Assembly: GCF_020745735.1 (NCBI RefSeq)
Contig: NC_083409.1
Coordinates: 10,157,534-10,221,533 of the forward strand
Direction of reading: 5' to 3'
DNA length: 64,000 nucleotides
Origin: Hemiscyllium ocellatum
Taxonomy: Eukaryota
Part shown: in pieces, positions 11,935 to 24,165 of the stretch
Layout of the letters: every line of letters begins with the position of its first letter
How positions within the stretch are numbered: the stretch's first letter is position 1
The notes under the pieces: model-generated
Told to the model about the DNA's origin: nothing
Seen by the model: only the letters and a program-made list of their open reading frames with translations
The model's database searches: none
Translations under genes and position numbers: made by a program

Positions 11935-14100
11935 AGAATCATAGAGATGGACAGCACAGAAACAAACCCTTCGGTCCAACTTATCCATATAGACCAGATA
12001 TATGAAACTAATCTAGACCCATTTGCCAAAACTTGGCCCATATTCCTCCAAACCCTTCGTAGTCATACACCCATCCAAATGTCCTTTAAATGTTGTAATT
12101 GTATCAACCTGCAACACTTCCTCTGGCAGCTCATTCCATACATGCACCACCGTCTGTGTGTAAAAGTTGCCCCATTGGACTCTTTCAAATCTTTCCCCTC
12201 TCACCCTAAATCTATGCCCTCCAGTTCTGGACTCCCCCACTCCAGGGAAACCGTCTTGTCTATTTACCCTACCCATACTGCTCATGATTTTATAAACTTC
12301 TATAAGGTCACCCCTCAGCCTCCGACACTCCAGAGAAAACAGTCCCAAGTCTGTTCAGCCTCACCCCATTGCTAAAAAAAACAACACTGGTAGCATTCTT
12401 GTCAATCTTTTCTGACCCCTTTCAAGATTCATAACTTCCTTCTGATAAGAGGGAGACCAGATTTGCACACAACGTTCCAAATGTGGCCAAACCAATGTTC
12501 TGTACAGCCGCAACATGACCTTTCAACTCTTGTATTCAATACTCTGACTGATAATGGAAAGCATACCAAATGCCTTATTCACTATCTTTTTGACCTGTGA
12601 CTCTAACTTCAAGAAACTATGAACCTGCACTCCAAGGTCTTTTTGTTCAGCAACAGTCCCCAGTACGTTACCATTAAGGGATGACACGGTGACTCAGTGC
12701 CTCAGTGGTTAACACTGCTGCCTCACAGTGCCAGAGCCTTGGTTCAGTTCCAACCATGGGTGACTGTCCGTGTGAAATTTGTACATTCTCCATGTGTCTG
12801 CGTGGGTTACCTCCCATAGTCTAAAGATGTGCAGTTTGGTGAATTAGCCATGCTAAATTGTCCAATGTTCAGGCATATGTACGTTAGGTTCATTAGTCAG
12901 GGATAAATGTAAAGGAACAGGGCCGGGGAATTGGTCTGGATGGGTGACTCTTCAGAGGGTCGGTGTGGATTTGTTGGGCCAATTTCCATACTGTAGGAAT
13001 TCCATGATTAAGCATCTAAATCCTGGCCTGATTTGACTTTCCAAAATACAGCACCTCAAATTTATCTAAAGTAAACTCCATCTGCCACTCGTCCGCCCAT
13101 TGTGCTCTGTGGTAACCTTCTTCACTTCTCACTACATCTCTAATTTGATGTTATGGGCAAACTTACTAACTGTACCTCCTATATTCACATCCAAATCCTT
13201 AGGTCAATGACAAAAAGCAGTGGACCCAGCACCGATCCTTATGGCACACCACTGATCACAGGCCTCCAGTCTGAAAAGCAACTCTCCTCCATCACTCACA
13301 GTCTTCTACCTTCAAGCCATTTCTATATCCAAACAGCTAGTTCTCTCTGTTTTTCTATGTGATCTAACCTTGCAAACCAATCCAACGCAAGAAAACTTGT
13401 TGAATGCCTCACTGAAGTCCATATACATCACATCCACTGCTCTGACATCATCAATTGTCTTTGTTACATCTTCAAAAAACTCAATCAGGTTAGTGAGTTA
13501 TGATTTCCCAGATACAAAGCCATGTCGACTATCCTGAATCAGTCCTTGTCTTTCCAAATGCATGTAAATCCTGCCCCTCAGGATTCCCTCCAATAATTTA
13601 CCCACTAATCATATCAAGCTCACTGGTTCCTAACTTTTCCTTACCACGTTAGCTAAACTCCAGTCTTCCAGCACTTCACCTGTGACCATCGATGATATAA
13701 ATATTTCAGCAAGTGGCCCAGCAATCACTTCCCTAGCTTTCCACAGAGTTCTGGGGTGCACCTGATCAGGTCCCAGTGATTTATCTACTTTATGCATTTT
13801 AAGAAATACCGCACTTCCCCCTTTGTAATATGGACATTTTTCAAGATGTCACCATTTATTTCCCCACATTCTATATCTACTGTGTCTTTCTCCACAGTAA
13901 ACATTGACGAAAAGTACTTGTTTAGTATTTGCCCCATTTCCTGCAGTTCCACACATGGGCTGCCTTGCTGATCTTTGAGGGGTCCTATTCTTTTAATTAT
14001 TACTCTTTTGTCCTTAATGCATTTATAAAATCCCTTTGGATTCTCCTTAGCAAAATTAAGCAAACTTATCTCATGTTACCTTTTTGCCATCCTGATTTCC
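11935..14100 (-). mobile_element. Decayed CR1 LINE ORF2/3' portion, containing a V-SINE insertion
   Basis: ORFs 12013-12348 (RRLRGDLIEVYKIM...VVHVWNELPEEV) and 13785-14063 (KENPKGFYKCIKDKRV...GPLKD). Confidence 0.85.
12680..13010 (+). mobile_element. HE1-like V-SINE, diverged
   Basis: tcagtggttaacactgctgcctcacagtgccagag...gtgtgaaatttgtacattctccatgtgtctgcgtgggttacctccc. Confidence 0.85.
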
Positions 14101-15660
14101 CTCTTAAGGAGGAGGAGTTAGCAATTCTGGAAAGTGCGAAAATATTTAAGTACCCTAGGCCGGTTGGGATTTATCCAAGGATTCTCTGGGAAGCCAGGGA
14201 GGAGATTTATGAGGCTTTGGCTTTGATCTTTATGTTATCATTGTCGACAGAAACAGTGCCAGAATACTGGAGGATAGCAAGGGTTGTGTCTACTCCCCTT
14301 GTTCAAGAAGGGGAGTAGACACAACCCTGGTAATTATAGACCAGTGCGCCTTACTTCGGTTGTGGGTAAAGTGTTGGAAAAGGTTAGAAGAGATAGAATT
14401 TATAATCATCTAGAAAGGAATAAGTTGATTAGGGATAGTCAACATGGTAGATCTGGCCTCACAAACCTTATTGAGTTCTTTGAGAAGGCGACCAAACAGG
14501 TGCATGAGGGTAAAGCGGTTGATGTGGTGGATATGCACTTCAGTAAGGCATTGGATAAGGTTCTCCACAAAATACGGGGGCATGGGATTAAGGGTGATTT
14601 AGCGGTTTGGATCAGAAGTTGGTTAGCTGAAAGAAGACAGAGTGTAGTTTTTGATGGATAATGTTCATCCTGGAGTTCAGTTACTAGTGGTGTAATGCAA
14701 ACATCTCTTTTGGGGCCACTGCTGTTTGCCATTTTTATAAATGACCTGAATGAGGGCATAGAAGGATGACTTAGTAAATTTGCGGATGACACTGAGGTTT
14801 GTGGAGTTGTGGATAGTGCTGAAGAATATTGCAGGTTACACAGAGACATGGATAAGCTGCAGAGCTGGGTTGAGAGATGGCAAATACAGAGTTTAATGCA
14901 GAAAAGTTGAGGTGATTCACTTTGGAAGGAGCACCGTGAATAAAGAGCACTAGGTTAATGGGAAGATTCTTAGTAGTGTAGATGAGCAGAGAGATCTCGG
15001 TGTCCACGTGCACAGATCCTTGAAAGTTGCTATCCAGTTTGATAGGGTGGTTAAGAAGGCTTATGGTGGGTTAACTTTTATTGATAGAGAGATTGGGTTT
15101 AGGAGCCATGAGGTCATGCTGCAGCTGAACACAACTCTGGTGTGGCCGCAATTGGAGTATTTCATACAGTTGTGGTCACCACATTAAAAAAAGGATATGG
15201 GAACTTAAGGGTTCAGAGGAAACATACTAGGATGTTGCCTGGCATGGAGGGAAGGCCTTATTAGGAAAGGATGAGGGACTTGTGGTTATTTTTGTCAGAG
15301 AGAAGAAGGTTGAGAGTTGTCTTAATTGAAACATACTAAGATAATCACAAGGTTAGATAGGGTGGACAGTGAGAGCCTTTTTCCTCAGATGCTGAGGGGA
15401 CATAGGTTTAAATTGAGGGGTGATAGATATAGGAGAGATGTCAGAAGTATTTCTTTACTCAGAGACTATTAGGGCATGGAATGCACAGCCTGCAACAGTA
15501 GCAGACTCGCCAACACTAAGGGCATTTAAATGGACACAGGATAACCATATGGATGAAAATGGAATAGTTGGGATAGATGGGCTTCAGAATGGTTCCACAG
15601 ATTGGCGCAACACAAAGGGTTAAAGGGCCTGGACTGCATTGTAATGTTTTATGTTCCAAT
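14100..15660 (+). mobile_element. 5'-truncated CR1 LINE (RT half and 3' tail), decayed
   Basis: ORF 14284-14661 (NYRPVRLTSVVGKVLE...FSKALDKV). The 3' tail ends ttttatgttccaatatg. Confidence 0.88.
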
Positions 15661-17152
15661 ATGACATTGCTCACCACCGCTCTCTCCAGAACAATTAGGG
15701 AAGGACAATAAATAGCAGACAAATCAAAGTTTGCCCCATCCCAGCAGAAATCAAAATAAATGACGTACAATTCAAATGATTAAACTGGTGAGGCTTAAAT
15801 TCATCTCTTTGAAAGACTGGAGCCTCGGCCATGACATGGGTGAACCTGCATTTTTAAATTGCAAGGTGGTGTCCCCGACGGATCAGGCACAAAATGAATT
15901 ACACAAAGACCAAACAAATGGCTAGCAAAATGTGTCACCAAACTGCAATAAACAGCAATTTGTCAGGAAGAATTCAAGAGAAAGCCATTAGTGGGTGTAA
16001 GAGGGTAAGACAGACAAGTGTCAGATGTCATTGAATGCACCATAAATACATTGAAGCTGTTGGGATAGAGCAGGGCAATGGAATTAATTGAATTTTTCTA
16101 TTGAGAGATTTCCTGGTTGTAATGACCCAGAACGTTAAAAGGATGAAGTGTAACTCATATTGTAAACAATGTACTGCAGTGGGCAAGAAAGGATGTTGAG
16201 CAACATAAATGCTTAAAATTGGGAAAGAAAATCGGACAAAAAGAAATGGGAAAGGCCAGTGGGATTTTGGAATGAATATTGAGAGTGAGGAGATGAAGGG
16301 GAGAGTGGCCAGGACAGCTGTACTGAAGAATGGTTAGGTCACATCTGGGATATGGTGGATAGTTATGGGCTTCACTGAGGGGCAATGCAGAATGGTCCAG
16401 GGACAGGGGATCCAGGTTACAGGGAAACGCCAGAACAGGATCTCGAGGGGGGAGGGAGGGTATTCTGATAAGAAAATTTCTTTGTGAAATCGACACAGTA
16501 AATGTAGATTTACTGTCAATACCGACAAACAAAAAGGCAAAATGACATATCTCTGGTCATACACCAGGTACAGGAAGGAAATCAGGAAAAGTGTTTTGAC
16601 GCATAGATTGGAATTTAGTGAGTGCTGGTCAACTGGGTCCTCCATTCAAAATGGAACAGAATTACTTTTTGGAATTTGAACTGGTCTGAAGCAAAAGAAC
16701 AAATTAGGATCAAATAGTCATTTGAGAATATTGAACTGGCCCTGAAAAATGCCCAGTGTTTGGAAGCTTTTCATTTTCCCCTCATCAGGATAGTTGTAAA
16801 AGTACCAAACAAAGTACCAATCTCTCTCGGCGGAGCAGGTAACGGCTGTCTGGTGGTGTTTTTTGAATTCGCGGGTATAGTCCAGTTAGTGTTTTTTAAC
16901 AGTTAAAATTTAAAGTTTTTTTTAAGTGCCTAGCGGACCCGGAAGCTGGTGTCGCGCTAGGTTACCTGGGAAGGGTTTTTTTTTCTTATATAAGCGCACA
17001 GGTGAGGAACCCGAGGCACTACAGGGGTAGAGCCTCCCGCCCGCCCTCCTCCTCTAACCTAATAATAAGACCCGTTGTGGTAAGCAGGTAAGTGCTGCAT
17101 TTTGCTTGTTTGTTTCTTTAGGTCTAGTTTTTAAAGTTTACCTTTTAGAGGG

Positions 17153-18079
17153 ATGGCAGCGAAGGCAGTGCAATGTTCCTCTTGCAACATGTATGAGGTG
17201 AGGGAAGCCATTAGCGTCCCTGCTGATTACACTTGCAAGAAGTGCACCCATCTCCAGCTCCTCCAAGACCGTGTTAGGGAACTGGAGCTGGGGTTGGATG
17301 AACTCCGGATCATTCGGGAGGCAGAGCTGGTCATAGCTCGGAGCTTTAGGGAAGTAGTGACTCCGAAAGTTATAGAGAGATGGGTGACAGTGAGGGGGAG
17401 TGGGAGGAAGCAGACAGTGCAGGGACCCCCTGCGGTCATTCTCCTCAAGAACAAGTATACCGTTTTGGATACTTCTTGGGGGGATGACTTACCAGGGGTA
17501 AGCAAAGAGGTTCAGGCCTCTGGCACGGAGCCTGGTCCCGTTGCTCAGAAGGGAAGGGTGGAGAAAGGTAGAGCGATAGTTCTTGGGGACTCAATAGTGA
17601 GGGGCACAGATAGGTGGTTTTGTGGGGGCGACAGAGACTCACGATTGGTATGTTGCCTCCCAGGTGCAAGGGTACGTGATGTCTCTGATCGTGTTTTCCG
17701 GGTCCTTTAAGGGGAGGGGGAGCAGCCCCAGATCGTGGTCCACGTTGGCACCAACGACATAGGTAGGAAGAGGGGTGAGGATGTCAGGCAGGCTTTCAGG
17801 GAGCTAGGTTGGAAGCTCAGAGCTAGAACGAACAGAGTTGTTGTCTCTGGTTTGTTACCCGTGCCACGTGATAGGGAGTCGAGGAATAGGGAGAGAGAGC
17901 AGTTAAATGCGTGGCTACAGGGATGGTGCAGGAGGGAGGGTTTCCAGTTTCTGGACAACTGGAGTTCTTTCTGGGGAAGGTGGGACCTCTATAAACAGGA
18001 TGGTCTACACCTGAACCTGAGGGGCACCAGTATCCTTGGGGGGAGGTTTGCTAGTGCTCTTGGGGAGGGTTTAAACTAA
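17153..18079 (+). pseudogene. CR1 ORF1 (Cys-rich zinc-finger-like N-terminus, coiled coil, SGNH-type esterase) with one in-frame TAA at 17708-17710
   Basis: CSSC...CKKC, LQDRVRELELGLDEL, GDSIVRG, VVHVGTNDIG, DGLHL. ORFs 17153-17710 and 17735-18079 are in the same frame. Confidence 0.9.
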
Positions 18080-20963
18080 CTCTGCAGGGGCATGGGACCC
18101 TGGACAGTAGCTTTATGGTACAGGACCTTGAGTGTAGGGAGGTTAGGACCAAGGCATCGATCTCGAAGGAGGGTGCCTGTAAACAGAAAGGTGGCTTGAA
18201 GTGTGTATACTTCAATGCCAGAAGTATAAGAAATAAGGTAGGTGAACGTACAGCGTGGGTTGGTACATGGGACTTCGATGTTGTGGCCATTACAGAGCTG
18301 TGGGTTGAACAGGGGCAGGAATGGCTGTTGCAGGTTCCAGGGTTTAAATGTTTTAGCAGGGTCAGAGATGGGGGTAAAAGAGGGGGTGGTGTGGCATTGC
18401 TTGTCAAGGATAGTATTACAGCGGTGGAAAGGACGACGGAGGAAGACTTGCCATGTGAGGCAGTTTGGGCTGAGGTTAGAAATAGGAAAGGTGAGTTCGC
18501 CCTGTTAGGAGTTTTCTACAGGCCTCCCAATAGTCCGAGAGAAGTAGAAGAAAGTATTGCGAGGATGATTCAGGAGAAGAGTGAAAGTAGCAGGGTGGTT
18601 GTTATGGGGGACATTAACTTCCCAGATATTGACTGGGTAAGCTATAGCTCGAGTTCGTTAGATGGGTCGGTGTTTGTCCAATGTGTGCAGGAGGGTTTCC
18701 TGACACAATATGTAGACAGGCCAACAAGAGGTGAGGCTATACTGGATTTGGTTCTAGGTAATGAACCAGGCCAGGTGTTAGACTTGGACGTAGGTGAGCA
18801 CTTTGGGGACAGTGACCACAACTCGGTGACTTTTACTTTAGTGATGGAGAGGGATAAGTGTGCACTGCAGGGCAAGAGTTATAGCTGGGGGCAGGGAAAT
18901 TATGATGCGATGAGACAGGACTTAGGATGCGTGGATTGGAAAAATAGGCTTCAAGGGAAGAACACAAATGATATGTGGAGATTGTTCAAGAAACAGCTAT
19001 TGGGTGTCCTTGATAAGTATGTACCAGTCAGGCAGGGAGTAAAGGGTCTTGTGAGGGAGCCGTGGTTTAATAAGGAATTGGAATCCCTTGTGAAATGGAA
19101 GAGGGCGGCCTATGTAAAGATGAGGCGTGAAGGTTCAGTTGGTGCGATTGAGAGTTATAAGGTAGCCAGGAAGGATCTAAAGAGAGAGCTAAGAGCAGCG
19201 AGAAGGGGGCATGAAAAGTCCTTAGTTGGTAGGATTAGGGAAAAACCAAAGGCTTTCTATAGGTATGTCAGGAATAAAAGAATGACTAGGGTAGGTATCG
19301 GTCCAGTCAAGGATAGTAGTGGGAAGTTGTGCGTGGAGGCGGAGGAGATTGGAGAGACACTAAATCAATACTTTTCGTCAGTATTCACTCAGGAACAGGA
19401 CACTATTGCTGATGTGAATATTGAGTCACAAGTGATTAGAATGGATGGCCTTGAGGTATGTAGGGAAGAGGTCTGGGGAATACTGGAAAGGATGAAAATA
19501 GATTAGTTCCCTGGGCCTGATGACATTTATCCTAGGATCCTCTGGGAAGCTAGGGAGGAGATAGCAGAGCCATTGGCCTTGATTTTTAAGTCATCATTGT
19601 CTACGGGAATAGTGCCAGAAGACTGGAGGATAGCGAATGTGGTCCCCTTGTTCAAGAAGGGAGTAGGGATAGCCCGAGTAACTATAGGCCAGTGAGTCTC
19701 ACTTCTGTTGTGGGCAAAGTCTTAGAGAGAATTGTAAGGGATAGGATTTATGAACATCTGGATAGGAATAATGTGATCAAGGATAGTCAGCATGGTTTTG
19801 TGAAGGGCAGTTCGTGTCTCACAAACCTTATTGAGTTCTTTGAGAAGGTGACTAAGGAGGTGGACGAGGGTAAAGCAGTAGATGTGGTGTATATGGATTT
19901 TAGCAAGGCGTTCGATAAGGTACCCCATGGTAGGCTAATGCAAAAAATACGGAGGTATGGCATTGAGGGTGCATTAGAGGTTTGGATTAGGAATTGGCTT
20001 GCTGGAAGGAGACAGAGGGTAGTAGATGATGGAATAGGTTCATCTTGGAGTGCAGTTACTAGCGGTGTTCCACAAGGATCCGTTTTGGGACCATTGCTGT
20101 TTGTCATCTATATAAATGATCTAGAGGAGGGGCTTGAAAGCTGGGTGAGCAAGTTTGCGGATGACACGAAAGTCGGTGGAGTTGTGGACAGCGAAGAAGG
20201 ATGTGGCAGGTTACAGCGGGATATAGATAAGTTGCAGAGCTGGGCAGAAAGGTGGCAAATGGAGTTCAATGTAGCTAAGTGTGAAGTCATTCACTTTGGT
20301 AGGGGTAACAAGAAGATGGATTACTGGGCTAATGGTAGGCTACTTGGTAGTGTGGATGAGCAGAGGGATCTTGGTGTCCATGTACACAGATCTCTGAAAG
20401 TTGCCACCCAGGTAAATAGTACTGTGAAAACAGCATATGGTGTACTGGGCTTTATTGGTAGAGGAATTGAGTTCCGGAGTCCTGAGGTCATGTTGCAGTT
20501 GTATAAGACTCTGGTGCGGCCTCATCTGGAGTATTGTGTGCAGTTTTGGTGGCCATACTATAGGAAGGATGTGGAGGCATTGGAACGAGTGCAGAGGAGG
20601 TTTACCAGGATGTTGCCTGGCATGGTAGGAAGATTGTATGAGGAAAGACTGAGGCACTTGGGGCTGTTCTCATTGGAGAAAAGAAGGTTTAGGGGAGATT
20701 TGATAGAGGTGTACAAGATGATTAGGGGTTTAGATAGGGTCGACACTGAGAACCTTTTTCTGTTAATGGAGTCAGCTGTTACTAGGGGACACAGCTTTAA
20801 ATTAAGGGGTGGTAGGTATAGGACAGATGTTAGGGGTAGATTCTTTACTCAGCGGGTTGTGAGTTCATGGAATGCCCTGCCAGTAGAAGTGGTGAACTCT
20901 CCCTCTTTATGGTCATTTAAGCGGGCATCGGATAAGCATATGGAGGTTATTGAGCTAGTGTAG
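18070..20963 (+). pseudogene. CR1 ORF2 (APE endonuclease plus reverse transcriptase) with a TAG at 19504-19506 and a 1-bp deletion at ~19660
   Basis: YFNARSIRNK, GVFYRPPNS, MGDINFPDIDW, LDLVL, GDSDHN (endonuclease); DFSKAFDKVPH, GVPQGSVLGPLLF, SKFADDTK (RT). Confidence 0.93.
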
Positions 20964-22349
20964 GTTAGGTAGACTTTGGTCGGCACAACATCGAGGGCCG
21001 AAGGGCCTGTACTGCACTGTATTTTTCTATGTTCTATGTTCTAAAGGAGAAAAACATGACATTTATATTGCATATGAGGAAAGTGCTGATTGGTTGAGAT
21101 GTTGTGACTATGAACACGACAGTTTAAATATTGTTTTCCTTTGCTGTGGCATTTCTTGTAAATTGTCCTGATGCATGAAAGACATAAAGCTTCAACAAAA
21201 TGTTTTGTTTTTCGCAACATTCAAATTAGGATCAGTTTGGAAAGAAAGAATGAACATGAAAATGTATTAAGTTAACAATGAAAATTGGTGTAAATTCAGC
21301 AGACACCAGGATAGCTTCACCTTGAACTTAGTACAGGAATTACCAGATTTAACTACCTTCCACCAGTTTGATTGTTTGAATTGCTCATCAGTTATTTTGG
21401 TTACTCCTCGGATGGGGAGGACATCGATATGTCTGCTGTTTATTGCCCTTCCCTAACTATCCTGGAGAGGGCAGTAGTGAGCCATGAGTTTCTCGAAGAG
21501 GATCTGACGGGACAAGATCATGTGCTGGGCCTGAGTACAGTTTTCCGCAGGAGAATGAGCTGTGGCACAAGGGAAAACCTGGGAGTGGTGAAAAGGCACA
21601 GGCAGCCTGGCTAGGCTGCAGAGGGACAGAACCAGGTTTGATGAATATGCTGACGTCCTTCTGAGCTGAGTTGCAGACTCAGACTTTCAGGGCCGCACAG
21701 CTTACACTGTTACTGATCATAGCTCCATGGTTGATGAGCCCTTCCCCAGGAGAACATCCACAGAAAGCTGCCTCCTGTGTGTCTGATGTGTCTGTGTGTC
21801 TCTCAGACGTGACTGAGCAGACAGCGAGGGTCTTAGCAGCAACAAAGGTGTTACTCTAGTGCCCCTCCCACTTTCACCCATCAACTTACAAACTTTTCTG
21901 GAGAAAGAGCTCAGCACCTGCCATCGCCTGCTTCAATGTGTCCTACACCCCACCTCAAGACAACTGAACCCACTGCCCCCTGCCCCTATCATCTGTTCAC
22001 CATCTCTCTCCTTAAGGCGCCATCTCTGGCTGGGAAGCATCTCTAGCCTCCCCAGATGGTCTCATTCCTCCACGTGTGGCCTGGGATGGTGAAGCAAGGC
22101 AGGCTCTTGGACTGGGATGTGTCAGTCTGGTGTCAGTGGGGAGCACTCTCCCCTCCCACTCACAATGTTACAGACTGGGTGGATAAGCCATTGGGAAATG
22201 CAGGGTTACAGGGATAGTGCAGTGGTTTGGATCTGGGTGGGACGCTCTTTGGAGCATTGGTGAGAACTCATTGGAATGAATGGCCTGCTTCAACATTATA
22301 CAGATCCCATCATTACATGATTCTATCACTGAAGCAAATTATCCAGACT

Positions 22350-22660
22350 GAGAGTGCAGTGCAGCACTGAGGGAGTGAGGCCCTGTCAGAGGATTAGTAC
22401 TGAGGGACTGCCACACTGTCAGAAGGACAGTACTGAGGGAGTGCTACACTATTGGAGGGTCAGTACTGAGGGTGTGTTGCACTAATGGTGGGTCAGTACT
22501 GAAGGAGTGCTGCACTGTCAGACGGTGAGTACTGAGGGAGTGCTGCACTGTCAGAAAGTCAATACTGTGGGAGTGCTGCACTGTCAGATAGTTCATGGTG
22601 AGGGAGTGCTGCACTGCTGGTGTGTCAATACTGAGGGAGTGCAACACTATCAGAGCTCAG
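22350..22660 (+). repeat. Degenerate tandem repeat (cagtactgagggagtgctgcactgtcaga-type unit, ~30-35 bp, ~9 copies)
   Basis: Recurrent tactgagggagtgctgcactgtcag motifs. Confidence 0.85.
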
Positions 22661-22842
22661 GGACCATCTTTCAGATGGGATGTTCTGATGTCTGCCCTCT
22701 CAGGGGGCAGTAGAAGATGCCATGACACTATGAGAAGAGCAGAGCAGATCCTCATGGTGTCCTGGTCAATATTTATAAATTATATCTTCTATAAAAACCT
22801 GGATGAGCACCTGAAATATCCGAATATTCAATATTTTGGGCG

Positions 22843-23066
22843 GAAAATGTGTTGCTGGAAAAGCACAGCAGGTCAGGCAGCATTCAAGGAGCAGGAGAAT
22901 TGACGTTTCGAGCATGATCCCTTTTTCAGGAATTGAGCACTGAAGAAGGGATCATGCCAGAAACGTCGATTCTCCTGCTCCTTGGATGCTGCCTGACCTG
23001 CTGCACTTTTCCAGCAACACACTTTCAGCTCTGATCTCCAGCATCTGCAGTCCTCACTTTCTCCTC
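22843..23066. mobile_element. Head-to-head inverted pair of Penelope-type terminal repeats (~86-bp arms, 12-nt loop), each arm with a decayed hammerhead motif
   Basis: 22843-22928 is the near reverse complement of 22941-23026. Same repeat family as the 3' end of the Penelope element at ~34540-34620. Confidence 0.85.
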
Positions 23067-23342
23067 ATTCAATGCATTGGGCCCAGTTTGAGAAAGTGAA
23101 TGGACAGTAGATTTAGTTTTGCCTTGATGGGACAGACATGATCAGATGAGGGACCTCTTCTACACTGTATGATTCTCTGATTCTGTGAAACCTCTGGCTG
23201 ATGACCACGTACTGTCCTCCCTCGGCTGATGAGTCAGTCTCTCCTCCATGTTGGCGGAAGCTCTGAGGGTAGTGAGGGCATAGAATGTACTCTGGGTGGG
23301 GGACTCCAATGTCCACAATCAAAAAGGAATTTTAAAAACATC

Positions 23343-24165
23343 GGGTTTGTTGGGTATTGGATACAAATATTCAAAATAGTACTTTTGCCAGTCTAACGCG
23401 CATTTCTCCTCTGCCCTCAACAACGTGACCCTCCCCTCTCCCCACAGCAAGAATGTGTGTAGAGTTTTTGAGACAGTCCACAGAGGAGACACAACTTTAA
23501 ATAATACAGGTTTGAGCTGGAAGGACAAAGGTCATTGTCAGCACTGAATTTCAACTCTCTTCCTTCTTGAGACTGGCCTCTGGGAGGCTCCGAGGTTCAG
23601 GGGTTAAGGTAGGTTACTGTGACACTGTAGAGAGAACTTCACTCTGTACCCAACCTAGTGCTGTCCCTGTCCTGGGAGTTTTTGATGAGGATAGTGTAGC
23701 GACAGCTTTATTCTGTTTCTTATCCTGTCCCTGTCCTGGGTGTCTTTGGTGGGAACGGTATGGATAGGGCTTTACTCTGTATCTAACCCTATTCTGTCCC
23801 TGTCCAGGAGACTGTTTGTTCGGGACAGTTTTGACTAGTAATAACAAGCATAACCTTTCAAAAATATTGAAAACTGTGAGCTGTATAAAAACGATGTGAA
23901 CCTCAGACATCTCTGTTTCAGTAAACCAGACCTCCTTCCTGCTCAGCCGTCAGTTCCAATTTAAGGTTTTGCCATTGTTTAAAGGGACAGAATTCTCATG
24001 TTATTGAGAAAATTTCCACAAGTGTTTTCCTCAAGCTCCATTGTGGCTGTGAATTTGTGCAGCTTCCTCTGTCTGGGCTGTTAATTGCAGTCTGTTTTCT
24101 GTCAATGTCAATCTGGAAAAGGGAATAAAGATGAGAAGATTCAGTCTCTGTCTCTGTGTGCTTTG
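23343..24165 (+). pseudogene. Third Ig kappa C-region copy (relic): splice acceptor and 5' three-quarters of the exon deleted; only the exon 3' end (23392-23462) and 3' flank remain
   Basis: 23343-23378 matches intron 9828-9860. It then jumps to tctaacgcgcatttctcctctgccctc (second Cys TGT->TCT), has a short deletion before GAATGTGTGTAG, and continues colinear with 10267-11160. The poly(A) signal is mutated to AATAAG. Confidence 0.9.

Larger units (their letters stand above)
16820..21043 (+). mobile_element. Nearly full-length young CR1 LINE (5' UTR, ORF1, ORF2, TTCTATG-repeat tail)
   Basis: 5' UTR from ~16820; ORF1 17153-18079; ORF2 ~18070-20963; tail gaagggcctgtactgcactgtatttttctatgttctatgttcta. 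Only three disabling lesions are visible. Confidence 0.96.

Noticed and set aside
21790-21858. Acceptor-like ctctcAG followed by DVTEQT..., faintly like a V N-terminus
   Set aside because: Stop after ~17 codons and no Cys, Trp or RSS. Not supportable as a V relic.
22350-22660. Regularly spaced repeats superficially like a CRISPR array
   Set aside because: Degenerate tandem units without unique spacers, in a eukaryotic genome with no cas genes.
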